A stretch of 64,000 bases of DNA from Octopus sinensis (GCF_006345805.1 NC_042998.1:170748001-170812000), one strand, 5' to 3'; positions 1-12,987 are shown, counted from the stretch's first letter. The notes: generated from the letters alone by a model not told the origin. Numbers and translations: made by a program.

Positions 1-1496
1 TAGAGCAATGAAAGAAATCTATTGGAAAAGTAGGATTACACTTTTCTAATTTTGGCACAAGGCCAGCAATATTGAGTAAAGCGAGGAAGTCAGTTACATT
101 GATCCAAATGTTCAACTGGGCCTTCTTTTATCAAACTTTAAAAAATGTGAAAAGTAAGATTAGCCATTTAAATTCAGAATGTAAAGAGCCAGAAGAAATG
201 TTGCAAACCATTTTGTCTGGTGCTGTAATCTGACTTTACAACTGAAAATAGTGAAACCTAGAGATGAAGTGACACTAGACTATAATTCACAGAGAAAAGT
301 TTTATTGTAGTTTTAGCAAACTCAGCATAAAATAGAAACAAAACAGTCAATAAGGATAATGATAATGATGGTAATTAATCATTAGCTTAAGTAGTGATTA
401 ACACTTGCCAAACTATTAAAATAACAGCATTTCTAACAACACTTGAAGTCTGTTAAATAAGTGAGTCACTAAGAACTTGCTAGAAATAACAGCCAAATCT
501 TCCTCATATCCTACTGTCTTAAGATTATATTATACAGTGTCACTGATATACAAAATAGATGGAAAGGTCATGGCCAGAATGCTATGATCATAGATCTGCT
601 CAATCAGAGTTGACCTAGAGTTAACAACATCAACACCTGATGATTATTGTTTTATTCAGAATATTCAATGTAGACAACTTTTCATTGAATTTGAATCACT
701 TGGAATGTGATTGTGACTAAGAATACCATTTGGGCTTGGGTATCAAAGGTTGGTTGGAAAAGTACCACGGTTTAATGGTGGAAGTTACCCATGGCAAAGG
801 TAGATTAGGGGAGGAGACCTGAGAAAATATAGCAATATTAGAATAAAAAACAATTGGGACTCATAAACATGCTGCCACAGAATTAAGACAAATAGTGATA
901 TACTGAAGACCTTTCAACTAACAACATTATGGCTAATACATACAAAGTACTTGTAGTGACAATCACAATGGTTTCAAATTTTGGCTCAAGGCCAGTAATT
1001 TTAAGGGAGTAAGTCGATTATATTGATCCTCAGTGTTCAAATGGTAGTTATTTTATTGATCCTGAAATGATGAAAGGCAAAGTCAGCCTCAGTGGGATTT
1101 GAACACAGAACATAAAGTGCCAAAAGAAATGATGCAAAGAATTTTGTCCAACATGTTAGAAATTCTGCCAGCTCATCATCTTGATAGTGGTGATGATGAG
1201 GATAATGATGACTACACATTGGTGGATAGTTAGAGTTTACTGGAGTTAACAAACTAACTGAACAGAATATAATATAGGAATGATAAATAAAATTAAATAT
1301 CCTTGGTATTATCAGTTCAATTGAAATATATGATTTAAATTCGATTTCAAATTATGACTATTCTTTCTTTATCAGGTTTGTTGACCTAAAGATTAAGATT
1401 TGTCCTCTAGGATTCACAGGTACACAAAATAGTTGGAATTACTAGAAGGAAGAGAAATTTAGCTGTTGTGTTATCTGTAATTAGACATATTATTCT

Positions 1497-1928
1497 ACAA
1501 CGCTAAGAGCACCATCCAAGCATGATCGTTGCCAGAGCAGCTAACTGGCTTCTGTGCCGGTGGCACGTAAAAAGCACCATTCGAACGTGATTGTTACCAG
1601 GATCTCTTTACTGGCACTTGAAAGAACATTCGAGCGAGGTAGTTGCCACTGCTGCTGGACTGGCTCCTGTGCAGGTGGCACGTAAAAAACACCATTTGAG
1701 CATGACCGTTGCCAGTACCGGCTGACTGGCCCATGTGCCGGTGGCACATAAAAGCACCCACTACACTCTCGGAGTGGTTGGCGTTAAGAAAGGCATCCAG
1801 CTGTAGAAACTCTGCCAGATCAGATTGGAGCCTGGTGCAGCCATCTGGTTCGCCAGTCCTCAGTCAAATCATCCAACCCATGCTAGGATGGAAAGCAGAC
1901 ATTAAACAATGATGATGATGATGATGAT
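1497..1928 (+). mobile_element. Solo RTE 3' UTR/tail copy (further copies about 2570-2832 +, 5020-5186 +, 21130-21330 +, 27663-28015 -, 30490-30690 +, 33803-34400 -)
   Basis: Shared CCACTACACTCTCGGAGTGGTTGGCGTTAGGAAGGGCATCCAGC...CATGGAAAG.GGACGTTAAA(GAT)n block. Confidence 0.85.
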
Positions 1929-3162
1929 ATAATACTATGTGCATTTGTCTGTGGTTGCAATGCCTTGTTGACAGTCACACAACAATGAGATAGAAGAAAA
2001 ACCTGCTATAAACCAGACAAGCTGAGACGTGATATGCTGAGGGACAAAACACAATATCTTTAGTAATGCTTGCAGCCTTGACAACATGACTAATATACTA
2101 GTATCTTAACTTCAGTCATAATGCTTCTTTTGAATTTATATATTTTTATGAGAAACACAAAGACCAGACAACATATTAGTTGTGAGTCAAAGGCTGTGGG
2201 AATTATTTCCAACATTACTTGCTGCAATACATTTCATCAGGTATTTATCCATTTCTCTCATAAGGAATATGAATATCTATAGGATCTCAACCTTGAATAA
2301 CACCAAACCATATATCAGGATTAACAGAAGAGACAGAAACAAACCTCAATAATCTACATTCTTGAAATTATTGGATAACTAATGAATTAAACTTTAATTT
2401 TGCTTTTTATGTGTCTTCCAGAGAGTATCAGACTTCTAATTACATCAATTTTGATTCATATCCTGTCATTACTGATGCTGTACTGAATCTTTGACCAAGA
2501 CATTCAAATGATCCAGTTCACTTACCTGTAAATAGGTACTATCAGTGATGTAATTTGGTAAACAGTGCAGGTGGTACATAAAAAGCACCATTTGAGCATG
2601 GCCATTGCCAGTACCACCTGACTGGCCCTCGTGCCGGTGGCACGTAAAAGCACCCACTACACTCTCGGAGTGGTTGGTGTTAGGAAGGGCATCAAGCTGT
2701 AGAAACTCTGCCAGATCAGATTGGAGTCTGGTGCAGCCATCTGGTTCGCCAGACCTCAGTCAAATCGTTCAACCCATGCTAGCATGGAAAGTGGACGTTA
2801 AACGATGATGATGATGATGATGATGATGATGATATATATATATATAAATTACCATGGGATTGCACCAAAGAAGTTCCCCTCCAAGGCACAAGTTTGGGCA
2901 AGCTTATTTATGGAAGACCAGAAGTTACTCATGCACACCAGCCTCCCCTCTCCACAACACCAATGTTATTTTAGGGAAAGGAAAAGGCCAATTCAGCTTG
3001 ACACCAGTGATATTGCAACTCATTTCTACAGTTGAGTGCACTGGAGCAACATGAAATGAAGTGTCTTGCTCAAGAACACAACACACAGCCCAGTCAGGAA
3101 ATCAAACTCCCAACCTCCTGATTGTGAGGCTGACGTCAAACCATTGAGCTATGCACATATAT

Positions 3163-3615
3163 ATATAAGTAAATAAATGGAGTTGAACACGTTATTAAAA
3201 TTCTTTTACTTTCAACGTATGTTTCGAAGACAACATTGGTTTTATTCCAAAGGAATAAACGGTGTAAAATGCAATCTTCTCAGGAAAGAAAGAGAGCCTT
3301 GTTATAATGTCTTGTTGTTGAGATAGGCTCTCTTTCTTTCCTGATGAGAAGATTGCATTTTACACCGTTTATTCCTTTGGAATAAAACCAATGTTGTCTT
3401 CGAAACATATATCGAAAGTAAAAGAATTTTAATAACATTTGCATTCAACTCCATTTATTTACTTATACTACATAAATTACTGCACATTAACCTGGAGTTT
3501 CTACCTTTGAATAGGTCGCTTCATCCGTGTTACTTGCATGAATTTTGTTACCCTGGTAACTGTTTATTGAATTTTCCATGTTAACAGTAAACAAAGAATA
3601 ATTCATTCATCCATT
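3163..3615 (+). mobile_element. Penelope-like pLTR with inverted partial copy (foldback arms 3163-3299 and 3325-3467) and hammerhead motif at 3336-3418
   Basis: About 137-bp inverted arms around a 25-nt loop. The right arm reads CUUUC-CUGAUGA-GAAGA...UCUUC-GAAA-C-AUAU-AUC^GAAAG. Confidence 0.65.
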
Positions 3616-5639
3616 TATATATATATAGGAAAAAGCATCAGCATCTGTTTATAACTGAAAACCAATATGGATAACTCTTTGTTGTTGCTTTTCTTTTGCC
3701 AAATAAACACACTATATATTCATTTTTCACTCAGTTATTACTGTTCTAACTGATGTCCATTGTCCATTTGTTTGATTTGACAATACTATTCAGTTGTTTG
3801 ATCAACTGAAATTCCAGCTCATTCAATTAGCATATAAATAGCTAAGTATTCTATGTAAACATGTACCCATAACATAATTGTCAGACAGAATCAGCATGAC
3901 ACAGTGACTGACAAGGCTGTACATTTGAATTATAGATATAATCCATCCAACAGGCTTCTATACAATTTCTGTTTTCCCCAGTTTCACTTACTAGGTATGG
4001 ATTGACCTGAGGTTATAGAAAATGACATTTATCCAAGATGTCACACACATGCATCTTGGGTGAATTTTAAGAAACACACTTTTTAAACCATTCAGCCATT
4101 CTGCAAAACAAACACACACACAAGCACATATAATAAATGAAGATGAATAGACATTCAACAATTCATTTTACTCTACAAATGTTTCAATAGCATAGCAATT
4201 TATTTGCACTCAATGTATTACATTATTCTATATGCTAAATTGCCCTTCATTTTATCAGGCATTTATGGTCTCGGGTTCAGTCTCACTGCACTCTACTTCA
4301 GGCCAGTGTCTTCTAATATAGCCCTAGGTCAATCAAAGCCTTGTGAGTGGATCTGGTAGAAAGAAGCACATCATATATGCATGTGTATGTGTCTCCTTGT
4401 CTTGAAATCACATGATTGTAAATGAATGTCATTCATTTCCAATATTCTGTGAAAATATGTCTAGCCATAGACAAACAGTTAAATATGTCTAGCCTGGAAA
4501 CAATTAAAGATTAACAACAGGAAGGGTATCTTACCATAGGAAACGTGCTTTAATAAACACCATCGGAGGCATGCAAGCATGGAAAAGTGGACGTTAATAT
4601 GATGAAGATGATGATATATACATATACTGTGATGTATGCAAACAAGTTTTCTTCACCAGATTTGGCATCATAAGTTACCAATGTAAACATGCTTAAAGGC
4701 CTCAGGTTGAATACAACCAATTTCTAGCAGCTAATCCTTTATTTGACCAATGTAGTAGGGAATTTTACAACTGACCTGGACTCACAAGACATGAAATTAC
4801 ACAAAGTGCTGTACAGAACAACTCTATTAAAAATGAATACTGCATCTGCTACAAAAATCCAAGTCATTCGCAGGCTTTAAAAGCCATTGTAGGTCCTATA
4901 ACCATCAAAAAATACCCCAGAAACATAACTTGTCAGTGATGGTCATAGTCAGCTAACAAGCTGATACCTATGATGATGATGATCATCATCATTATATATA
5001 TATAATTACATATATATACCCTACTACACTCTCAAACTGGTTGCTGTTAGGAAGGGCACTCAGCTGGAGAAACTGCCAGATCAGATTGGAGCCTTGTCCA
5101 GCCTTCTGGCTTGCCAGCCCTCAGTAAAACCATCCAAGCCATGCCAGCATGGAAAGCGGATGTTAAACGACAATGATGATGATGATAGTGTGTGTGTGTG
5201 TATCTTGTATGTACTAACAGATTTATGACTGCTACTGTTCAGTTCAGAGCTCTACATGGATTACCATCATCTAGTTTGCTTCCAGTGTAGTGGTTAAACA
5301 ACTACTATACTTAGTAGTATTACTAGTTATGATATACAGAGCAAATGTACAAGAAATTATGAAAAACAAGTTTATTTTATTTGTTCCTATAAATGTTTCA
5401 TCATTGTGGTTGTTTAGAACTTTGCATTGGATATTCAAAGGTAACTGAATGCTTAACCACAAGAGATCATCAAGGAAAGCTTTATTAGATTATGTTACAG
5501 AGAAGTAATGTCTGACATTAGTTCTGTCGCAGTTAAGCATCCAATTTCACTTGGAACATCCAATGCAGAGTTCTTAACAACCACAGTGATGAAGCATATG
5601 ATATAAACTTATGCTTCTTGTAATATCTTATATATATAT

Positions 5640-6420
5640 AATCATCCATCTTTATTTAACATTTGTTTTCCATATTAGCATGAGTTGGATGGTTTGATAG
5701 TAGCTGCCCAGGCTCCATGTCTGTCTTGGCATGGTTTCTACGGCCGGATGCTCTTCCTAACTCCAATCACTTTACAGAATGTGCTGGATGCTTTTATGCA
5801 GCACTGATATCAGTGCATTTATGTGGCAATAGTATGGGTGCTTCTTACACAGCACCAGCACCCATGAGCCTGCAAGGTTAGGAATGCTCAACTGGAAAGG
5901 GATGCAAGAAACAATCTGTATGCAAGGATAACCATGCTTTTACTTAGCTTGATGTGTCTTCTCAAGCACAACAAAACACCAGGAGCCTCAATCCCCTATC
6001 TTCCCCTCTGTGAGTCCCAATGTCTGTAGATCCTTTCTCACCATTTCATCCAACATCTTCCTGGATCTACCCCTTCCCCACGTTCCCTCTACAGTTTGAG
6101 GTCAGTACTTCTTGATGTAGCTGTCTTCATTCATACGCATTACATGGCCATGCCAGCACAGTCTTCTCTCTTGCATGCTACATCTGATGCTTTGTACACC
6201 CAGTTTTCTCTCATCACTTACACTGTCGTATACGCACACTGGCATTACCCATTCATTGGAGCATACTGGCTTCGTTTCTTTCAAGCCTTTGCATATCCTC
6301 AGTAGTTGCAGCCCAAGTCTCACTGCCATGTAGCATAGCTGTTCAAACACAGACATCATACAATCTGCCTTTCACTCTGAGAGAGAGGGCCTTCATTACT
6401 AACAAATGTAGTAGCTCGCT
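5640..6420 (-). mobile_element. Decayed RTE 3' fragment
   Basis: MQERRLCWHGHVMRMNEDS motif plus an inverted 3' UTR/tail. Confidence 0.75.
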
Positions 6421-6439
6421 GAACTTTGCCCATCCTATT

Positions 6440-6482
6440 CCTCAAATGTCCTGGGGTAATTTTGAACCTGGGTTATCATTCC

Positions 6483-6535
<53 letters not shown>

Positions 6536-6941
6536 TCACTGCCTGGAATTGAACTCCGAATCTTGGGGTTAGTAGCCTGCGTTCTTAACCACTACGCCAT
6601 ATGATCTAGAGCAGATATGAATAGCATATGGGAACCGGTGTTAAGGAAGGATAGGAAAATATTAGATTTATAAGCCCTAAAATTCACTCCATAATTGCCC
6701 ACGGGCATATGGCATCGGGGTTAAGAGTGCGGGCTACTATACTAACACCAAGATTCCGAGTTCATTTCCAGGCAGTGACATGTATAATAATAATAACATC
6801 GGAAAAATATCTTAGGAATGAGAATCTAGGTTTGAAATTCCCCCAGGGCACCTGATGAAGGCTGGAGAGTACATCAGCCAAAAAATTGTGTTAACAACAA
6901 ACAAGATGAGGATAAATATCTGTCAAATGTAAATAATGTAC
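6440..6941. mobile_element. Inverted pair of a tRNA-headed SINE-like element carrying a degenerate hammerhead motif
   Basis: Left arm (-) 6440-6603 and right arm (+) 6706-6941. A-box TGGCGTAGTGG and B-box GAGTTCAATTCC, an (AAT)n tract, then GGCAC-CUGAUGA-A-GGCUG..CAGCC-aaaaaauu-GUGUU at 6847-6892. Confidence 0.6.
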
Positions 6942-7001
6942 AATGTTAATTTGGTTATATCTCCATAACTAAGCAGTGCAGCAAAAGAGATCAATAAAAT
7001 A

Positions 7002-8266
7002 CAGGGGTTGGACAAAATAATGGAAACACCTAGCATCATAGCATCGTAATTTTGAAATATCTGTAAAACCATCAAAAGCTTGTTTATTTTTATGCTTTTT
7101 GATTTATTATTAGTGTTGCTTGATGTGTTTTGATAAAATTGCTGCTTCTTTTCAGATATCATCAGAAAAAGGTAATTAAAATTCAATAAAATGACAGAGC
7201 TATTGGAGTTTCAAAGAGGTAAAATTGTTGGTGCTCATATGGCAGGCGCTAGTGTCACGAAAACAGCCGAATGTTTGGTGCATCAAGAAGTACTGTCTTA
7301 AAAGTAATGACAGCCTTTGGATAGTGGGAAAAAGCTCTTCATCAAAACAAAACTCTGGAAAAAACCAAAACTTTCAGATAGGGACTGTTGGACTCTTATG
7401 CAAATTGTTAGAAAGGATCACAAAAATACAGCTCCCAAAATTACTGCAGAGCTTAATGACTGCCTTGAGAACCTAGTTTTCACAAAAACTGTTCACCTGG
7501 AGCTGCACAAAGCCAGATTTCATGGGAGGGCTGTAATCAGAAACCCACTACTTTCAAAAACAAACATTGCAAAGCATTTAAAGTGGAGTAAAAGCCAACA
7601 CAATTGGTCCCCAGGGCAGTGGAAGAATGTTATTTTCTCGGACGAGCCAACCTTTACCTCATTTCCGACCACCAGCCGAGTATATGTGTAGAGACAGCCA
7701 AAAGAAACATTTGACTCAGACTGCCTTCTTCCAACTGTTAAACATGAGGGGGATCTGTGATGTTCGGGGGGGAACTATATCTTAGAAATCTGCCGGCCCA
7801 ATGGTTTCCATCATGGCAGAATAGCCAAGACTATTTAAGCATTTTATCTGATCAAATTCATCCTATGGTTGCAGAACTGTTTCCAGAGTGAAATGCAATC
7901 TTTCAGGATGATAATGCACCAATTCACACAGCTAAAGTTGTTACTGAATGGCATGAGGAACATTCTAGCGAAGTTGAACATCTGATCTGGCCACCACAGT
8001 CCCCAGATCTCAATATTATTGAACATTTATGGTGCATTTTAGAAAAACAAGTAAGGAGTCGATGTCCTCCACCATCATCACTACAAGAACTGGAGACTGT
8101 TTTAGCTAAAGAATGGACAAAAATTCCTTTGGAAACGATTCAAACTTTGTACGAGTCCATACCTCGTAGAATTCAAGCTGTAATTACTGCCAAAGGCAGT
8201 CCTACACTATTTTAAAATAAATTTGTTCGAAATTTTAAGGTGTTTCCATTATTTTGTCAACCCCTG
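7002..8266 (+). mobile_element. Full-length decayed Tc1-family (DD34E-type) transposon
   Basis: TIRs CAGGGGTTGGACAAAATAATGGAAACACCT / AGGTGTTTCCATTATTTTGTCAACCCCTG with TA on both sides. Transposase starts at ATG 7191 with VIFSDE, FQDDNAPIH and WPPQSPDLNIIEHLW motifs, broken by frameshifts and stops. Confidence 0.93.
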
Positions 8267-8839
8267 TAAGTACCAGAATTTAAAAAAAAGTACTGAGATT
8301 GATTTGTTTGACTAAAACCCTCCAAGGCAGTGCTCCAGCAAGACCACAATCCAAGTAAAAAATAAAACAAGTAAAAGATAAAATAACATACATTAAATGA
8401 TATTCAATGATGCTCATCCCAAGTTAATTTTTAGGGATTTCATTTGACCAGAGAGAAAGTAATTTTTAACTATGTTTAATAATAAAACTTATTTCATTAA
8501 ACTCAGAGGAGTAAAGGGTTGAGCTATGCCATCTCAGTCAATTCCACCAATTCATCTTATTTTATTGAAAATTATGCTATAGTTCATTGACATTTATTTT
8601 GGGTAATTCATTACCAAAATATTTTCTTTTTTTAAATTGCAGTGCCATGAATTTTTCTGAGTTTTCTTTGAATACTTAAGGTTAATACCTTAATATTTAG
8701 CTCCTATTTTGGAGATAAGTTTCAAGAGGAAAACAGGTGTGTAGTTCTTTGGAAGATTCTGGCAGATTCTCATTCTTTTAAATTCTATTCTTCTATTTCT
8801 GGCAATTTCATTTTTAGTATGACTAGTTCATGATGTCTA

Positions 8840-9135
8840 CTATTTTGGTTTGTCTTGCACAATTTTTTGTTTACTAGCCTCTGAAGACTCAAAATTGACA
8901 ACAGCTTCTGAATAGTCAGAAAAACATTCTGATGGCTCCCATAACGGGCAATTATCAGGCGTAAAAGGATCTTCAGTTTGAACATCAATTTTTTCAAGTG
9001 CTGTTGGTGCACTCAGTTGGTAAGCATGCAGCATCATTCGAAATGGTTTGGTATCTTGTTTATCACTGTAGGTATGATCTCCAACAATACAATGTCCTAT
9101 GTGGTCACAATGGACCCGTAACTGGTGAGTGCGAC
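8840..9135 (-). CDS. RPUSD1: RPUSD1-like terminal coding exon (GRTHQLRVHCDHIGHCIVGDHTY...RMMLHAYQL...QDKPK*)
   Basis: Acceptor aaatttgcag|GT CGC, TAG stop at 8842-8840. RluA motifs GRTHQLRVH, IVGD..Y and LHA are present. Total CDS 224+124+205+296=849 nt, 282 aa. Confidence 0.95.
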
Positions 9136-10374
9136 CTGCAAATTTAAAGCAATTATTAATGTACATACTATCATATTATTATCATTGAAATATGGAGTGT
9201 GATCAACTGCACATTATAGTTGTATATAAGGTCAACAAAATGAAAAGAACTGAGTTTTGCATTTAATAAGTAGTGAAAATATCATAAACAGGGAGTATAC
9301 ATAACTGATTGACTTATCACAGGATGTAATTGATAAGGAAAATAATATACAGGGCCTTCACTAGTGAGATATGAACTCTGAAATGAAAGGTGATGATCCA
9401 CATATAATAATCCTTTCTACTAAAGGCACAAGGCCTGAAATTTGGTGGGAGGGAACTAGTTAATTACATCGACCCCAATGTTTTACTGATACCTAATTTA
9501 TTGACCCCAAAAGGATGGAAGGAAAATTCAACCTTGGCGGAATTTGAACTCAGAACATATCAATGGGAAAAATACCGCTAAGCATTTTGCCCAGCGTGCT
9601 AACAATCCTACCAGCTTGCTGCCTTGATCCACATGTAATAATGGTTTCAAGTTTCGGCACAAGGCCAGCAAGTTCAGGGAATGGGGGTTAGTCAATTACT
9701 TTAATGCTAGTGTCTTAGGAGAGGTAGGAGAAACAATTATAATAGTAAATTAGATTTCAATAAAGAAAATAGCCATTTATGTATCATACTTAATGTATAT
9801 ACATCATTGAAAAGCAATTTACTGTGGTATTCTTCTGGAGATAACATTTCTTATGGACGTGCTGTGTTTAAAAACACAATATACATTAGAGGAAGGAAAA
9901 AAATTCACCCCAGCATTTCAGCCTTGTCAGGCCTTCTCAACAACATGTACTCACAGCCAGCCACATGCTTAATGTGAGACTTGTTGTCTCTGATATATAG
10001 AAAATGGGAATAAAACATTTACTGGCATTGCAAAAAGGTGCTCAGCTGAATTAAAATCCATTATATGCAATAGAAGCAGTATTAACTCTTTACCATTAGA
10101 GCTTATTTTGTCAAATGTAATACATATTTATTCACATTCTTTTGAGTTCATCATGCATTATCTCACAGCTTCAAGATTTTGATGATGTGATTGTTTATTT
10201 AAAGAATGACATTATCACATAGGTGTGAGGGGCTGGACCTGACCAGTTTGAACATAAAGGAGGTAGAATATTTGGGGCAGATATGGCAGGTTTAAATGCG
10301 AAAGAGTTAAAATAGCCATCTATGTATTATATTTAATGTAGATACATCACTGAAAAGCAATTTACATGAAGCAC

Positions 10375-11190
10375 GACCTACGAACTTTAGGTCTCACCAA
10401 GGAAATGACTAGAGACCGAGACCTATGGAAGTATGCTGTGCGTGAGAAGACCCGGCAAGACTAGTCAGGCCATAACCCGTGGCCCCTACCTGGGACGTAG
10501 TCAGTCCACCTGTGCATACCTTCCTTCTTGTGACACTTGTGAAGACCTGTTGAGGCAAGTGAAAATCAAACAAAATCAAAATAGATGAACATCAATGGAA
10601 TTTGTATCTTTGTGGTACCAGTGCCGGTGGCACACAAGAAAACCATCCGAACGTGGCCGTAGCCAGTACCGCACCGACTGGCCTCCATGCTGTGGGCACG
10701 TAACAATCACCATCCAATCGTGGCCGAGCGCCAGCCTTGTCTGGCACCTGTGGCGGTGGCACATAAAAACACCATCCGAGCGTGGCCGTTCGCCAGCCTC
10801 GTCTGGCACCTGTGTCGGTGGCACATAAAAACACCATCCGAGCGTGGTCGTCTGCTAGCCTTGTCTGGCACCTGTGTCGGTGGCACATAAAAACACCATC
10901 CGAGCGTGGCCGTTCGCCAGCTTCGTCTGGCACCTGTGTCGGTGGCACATAAAAACACCATCCGAGCGTGGCCGTTCGCCAGCCTCGTCTGGCACCTGTG
11001 TCGGTGGCACATAAAATCACCCACTACACTCTTGGAGTGGTTGGCGTTAGGAAGGGCATCCAGCTGTAGAAACACTGCCAGATCTGACTGGCCTGGTGCA
11101 GCCTTCGGGCTCCCCAGACCCCAGTTGAACCGTCCAACCCATGCTAGCATGGAAAGCGGACGTTAAATGATGATGATGATGATGATGATT
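10375..11190 (+). mobile_element. RTE 3' UTR copy with an expanded 62-bp tandem array (5 copies, about 10719-11020)
   Basis: Units start at 10719, 10781, 10843, 10905 and 10967. Flanks match the RTE ORF end and (GAT)n tail. Confidence 0.85.
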
Positions 11191-11314
11191 CATACAGTAT
11201 GTTGTTTTTAAACACAGCACATCCATAAGAAATGTTATCATTGGACAAATACCATAGTAAATTGAATTTCAATGATGCATTTATATTATTTATATGTATG
11301 ATACATGGATGGTT

Positions 11315-11590
11315 GTGAAGGCGTGTGGCCTAATGGTAAGGCTATTGCACTCACAATCACTAGATCATGAGTTTGATTTCCTGATTGGGCAGCATGTTGT
11401 GTTCTTGAGCAAAACACTTCATTTCACATTGCTCCAGTCTCCCTTTTGATCAGGGGGGAATGATGGCCTGCTCGCCTAGCCAGCAAGGCGGTGGCATTTG
11501 AAGGCTAAAACAATGCAAAAACGCATTGTCACCAGTGATATGTAACAACATCTGACAGCCTGACTGGTCACGTGATCATGTGATCTATGT
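11315..11590 (+). mobile_element. tRNA-derived SINE (family E; also 2860-3155 - and 18870-19030 -)
   Basis: GGCGTGTGGCCTAATGGTAAG head and GTGTTCTTGAGCAA.ACACTTCATTTCA body shared across copies. Confidence 0.7.
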
Positions 11591-11928
11591 CATGTGATCA
11601 TGTGACATAGATGGTTATTTTAAATCAATGTTGTTTCTATTGCATACAAAAGAAAAAAATATTAACTAAACCTTTCTGAATTCCTGATTATAACAAAAAA
11701 CTAATTAAGACAGTGTTGCTGCTACTGTTTAGCCCCTGGTAAGACCAGATTGAGCAGATTTTTAATCAAAGACATTCCAACCATTACTACCTTCCATTTT
11801 ATGTATTTGGAACTAAATTATCTAATCTTATCCCTTTTTTATTTTAGATAGTTGGGTATGATTTGAGGGAAATTTCGACTACTCTTTCTAGTAAGTTGAG
11901 CTATTTATTGATTTAGTTGCTACTCTTT

Positions 11929-12987
11929 TGTAACAGGGTATAGCGTAGCTGATATCCTCACTGTTTGAGAGATATATTAGAAATGATCTTGTGTTAGATA
12001 GCAACCATCTTCAGCTATTTTGACCCAGTTGTGTCCACTGCTCTGATTGGTTGACATTGGTGCAGTTTGTCACTTGACTTATTTCGTGCCAGTGTGTAAG
12101 CCAACCAATCACAGCCTTCAGATAAGGTCCCATGACACAGTCTTTTTGGGGTTTCACTGGAGCCCACCTCAGGTTATAAAAGGCACCAGCAAATCACCAT
12201 TTCTCGTCTTTGGTTCTAGTCCTTTTCAGGACTAACCTCTGACCACAGAGCAACTCAGCTATGTTCCAGCAACTCAGCCAGTTCCAGTTCCAGGGCAGAC
12301 AACATGCAGCAACTCAACGATGCCTTTCTTCACCAACGCCTTAGCTCAACTTCATGTCGTCTACACCTCCATCGCCTTCATCTCCAGCAATACCAATACA
12401 TACACAGCACCCGCTCAAGTTTAGCTTGATTTTTACCAAGGTTAACAGCACAGCACTACCTGCAAGAATTCCTGTATCAAGAGACCTGACACAGCATTGA
12501 AGCCCCAACTGCTACATGACATGTGTTCAACCGGTATTCTGCACTTGTGACCCCAACATCCTGTTACAGAACTATTACTATTGTGTACCTTACTACGAAC
12601 TGGTAAATTAACTCCATCTTGTCTGAAATATCCTGAGAGACTCATTCTATGCTCTGTATTGTATTTTGTTTTGCCCGCATACACCTTGTTTGTACTTCTG
12701 TCACACACACGAACACACAGACACAAACACTTGTCGCATACACACAGACACTCCACTTTGCTAGCACCCATACTTTATCTTATTGTACACATCTGTAAAT
12801 AAAGTCTTTCTTCTCTCAAACAGCAGAACGGTTGTCATCCTCATTATTCCTTTTGGCACTTATCCATTTATATCATGTATTTGGCTTCTTTTGTTAGGGC
12901 GACCATGCAGCATTTAAAAAGGAGACATTTCTGTCACCAACTCCTTACGTAGTCGTTTTCCCTACAAGGGATACAAAATATGTTACA
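11929..12987 (+). mobile_element. Probable solo LTR in RPUSD1 intron 3, antisense to the gene
   Basis: Inverted termini TGTAACA...TGTTACA, TATAAAA at about 12176, AATAAA at about 12798. No clear TSD. Confidence 0.5.

Noticed and set aside
2423-2535. Plus-strand exon after tcttccag acceptor
   Set aside because: All three frames stop before the next GT and there is no recognisable product.
6531-6780. tRNA genes suggested by A/B boxes (also 28860, 34885, 38870, 11315)
   Set aside because: No complete acceptor stem, and each runs into a repeat body; these are SINE heads.
10719-11020. Regular 62-bp array resembling a CRISPR array
   Set aside because: Units are near-identical end to end with no unique spacers, there are no cas genes, and the array is embedded in a eukaryotic RTE 3' UTR.
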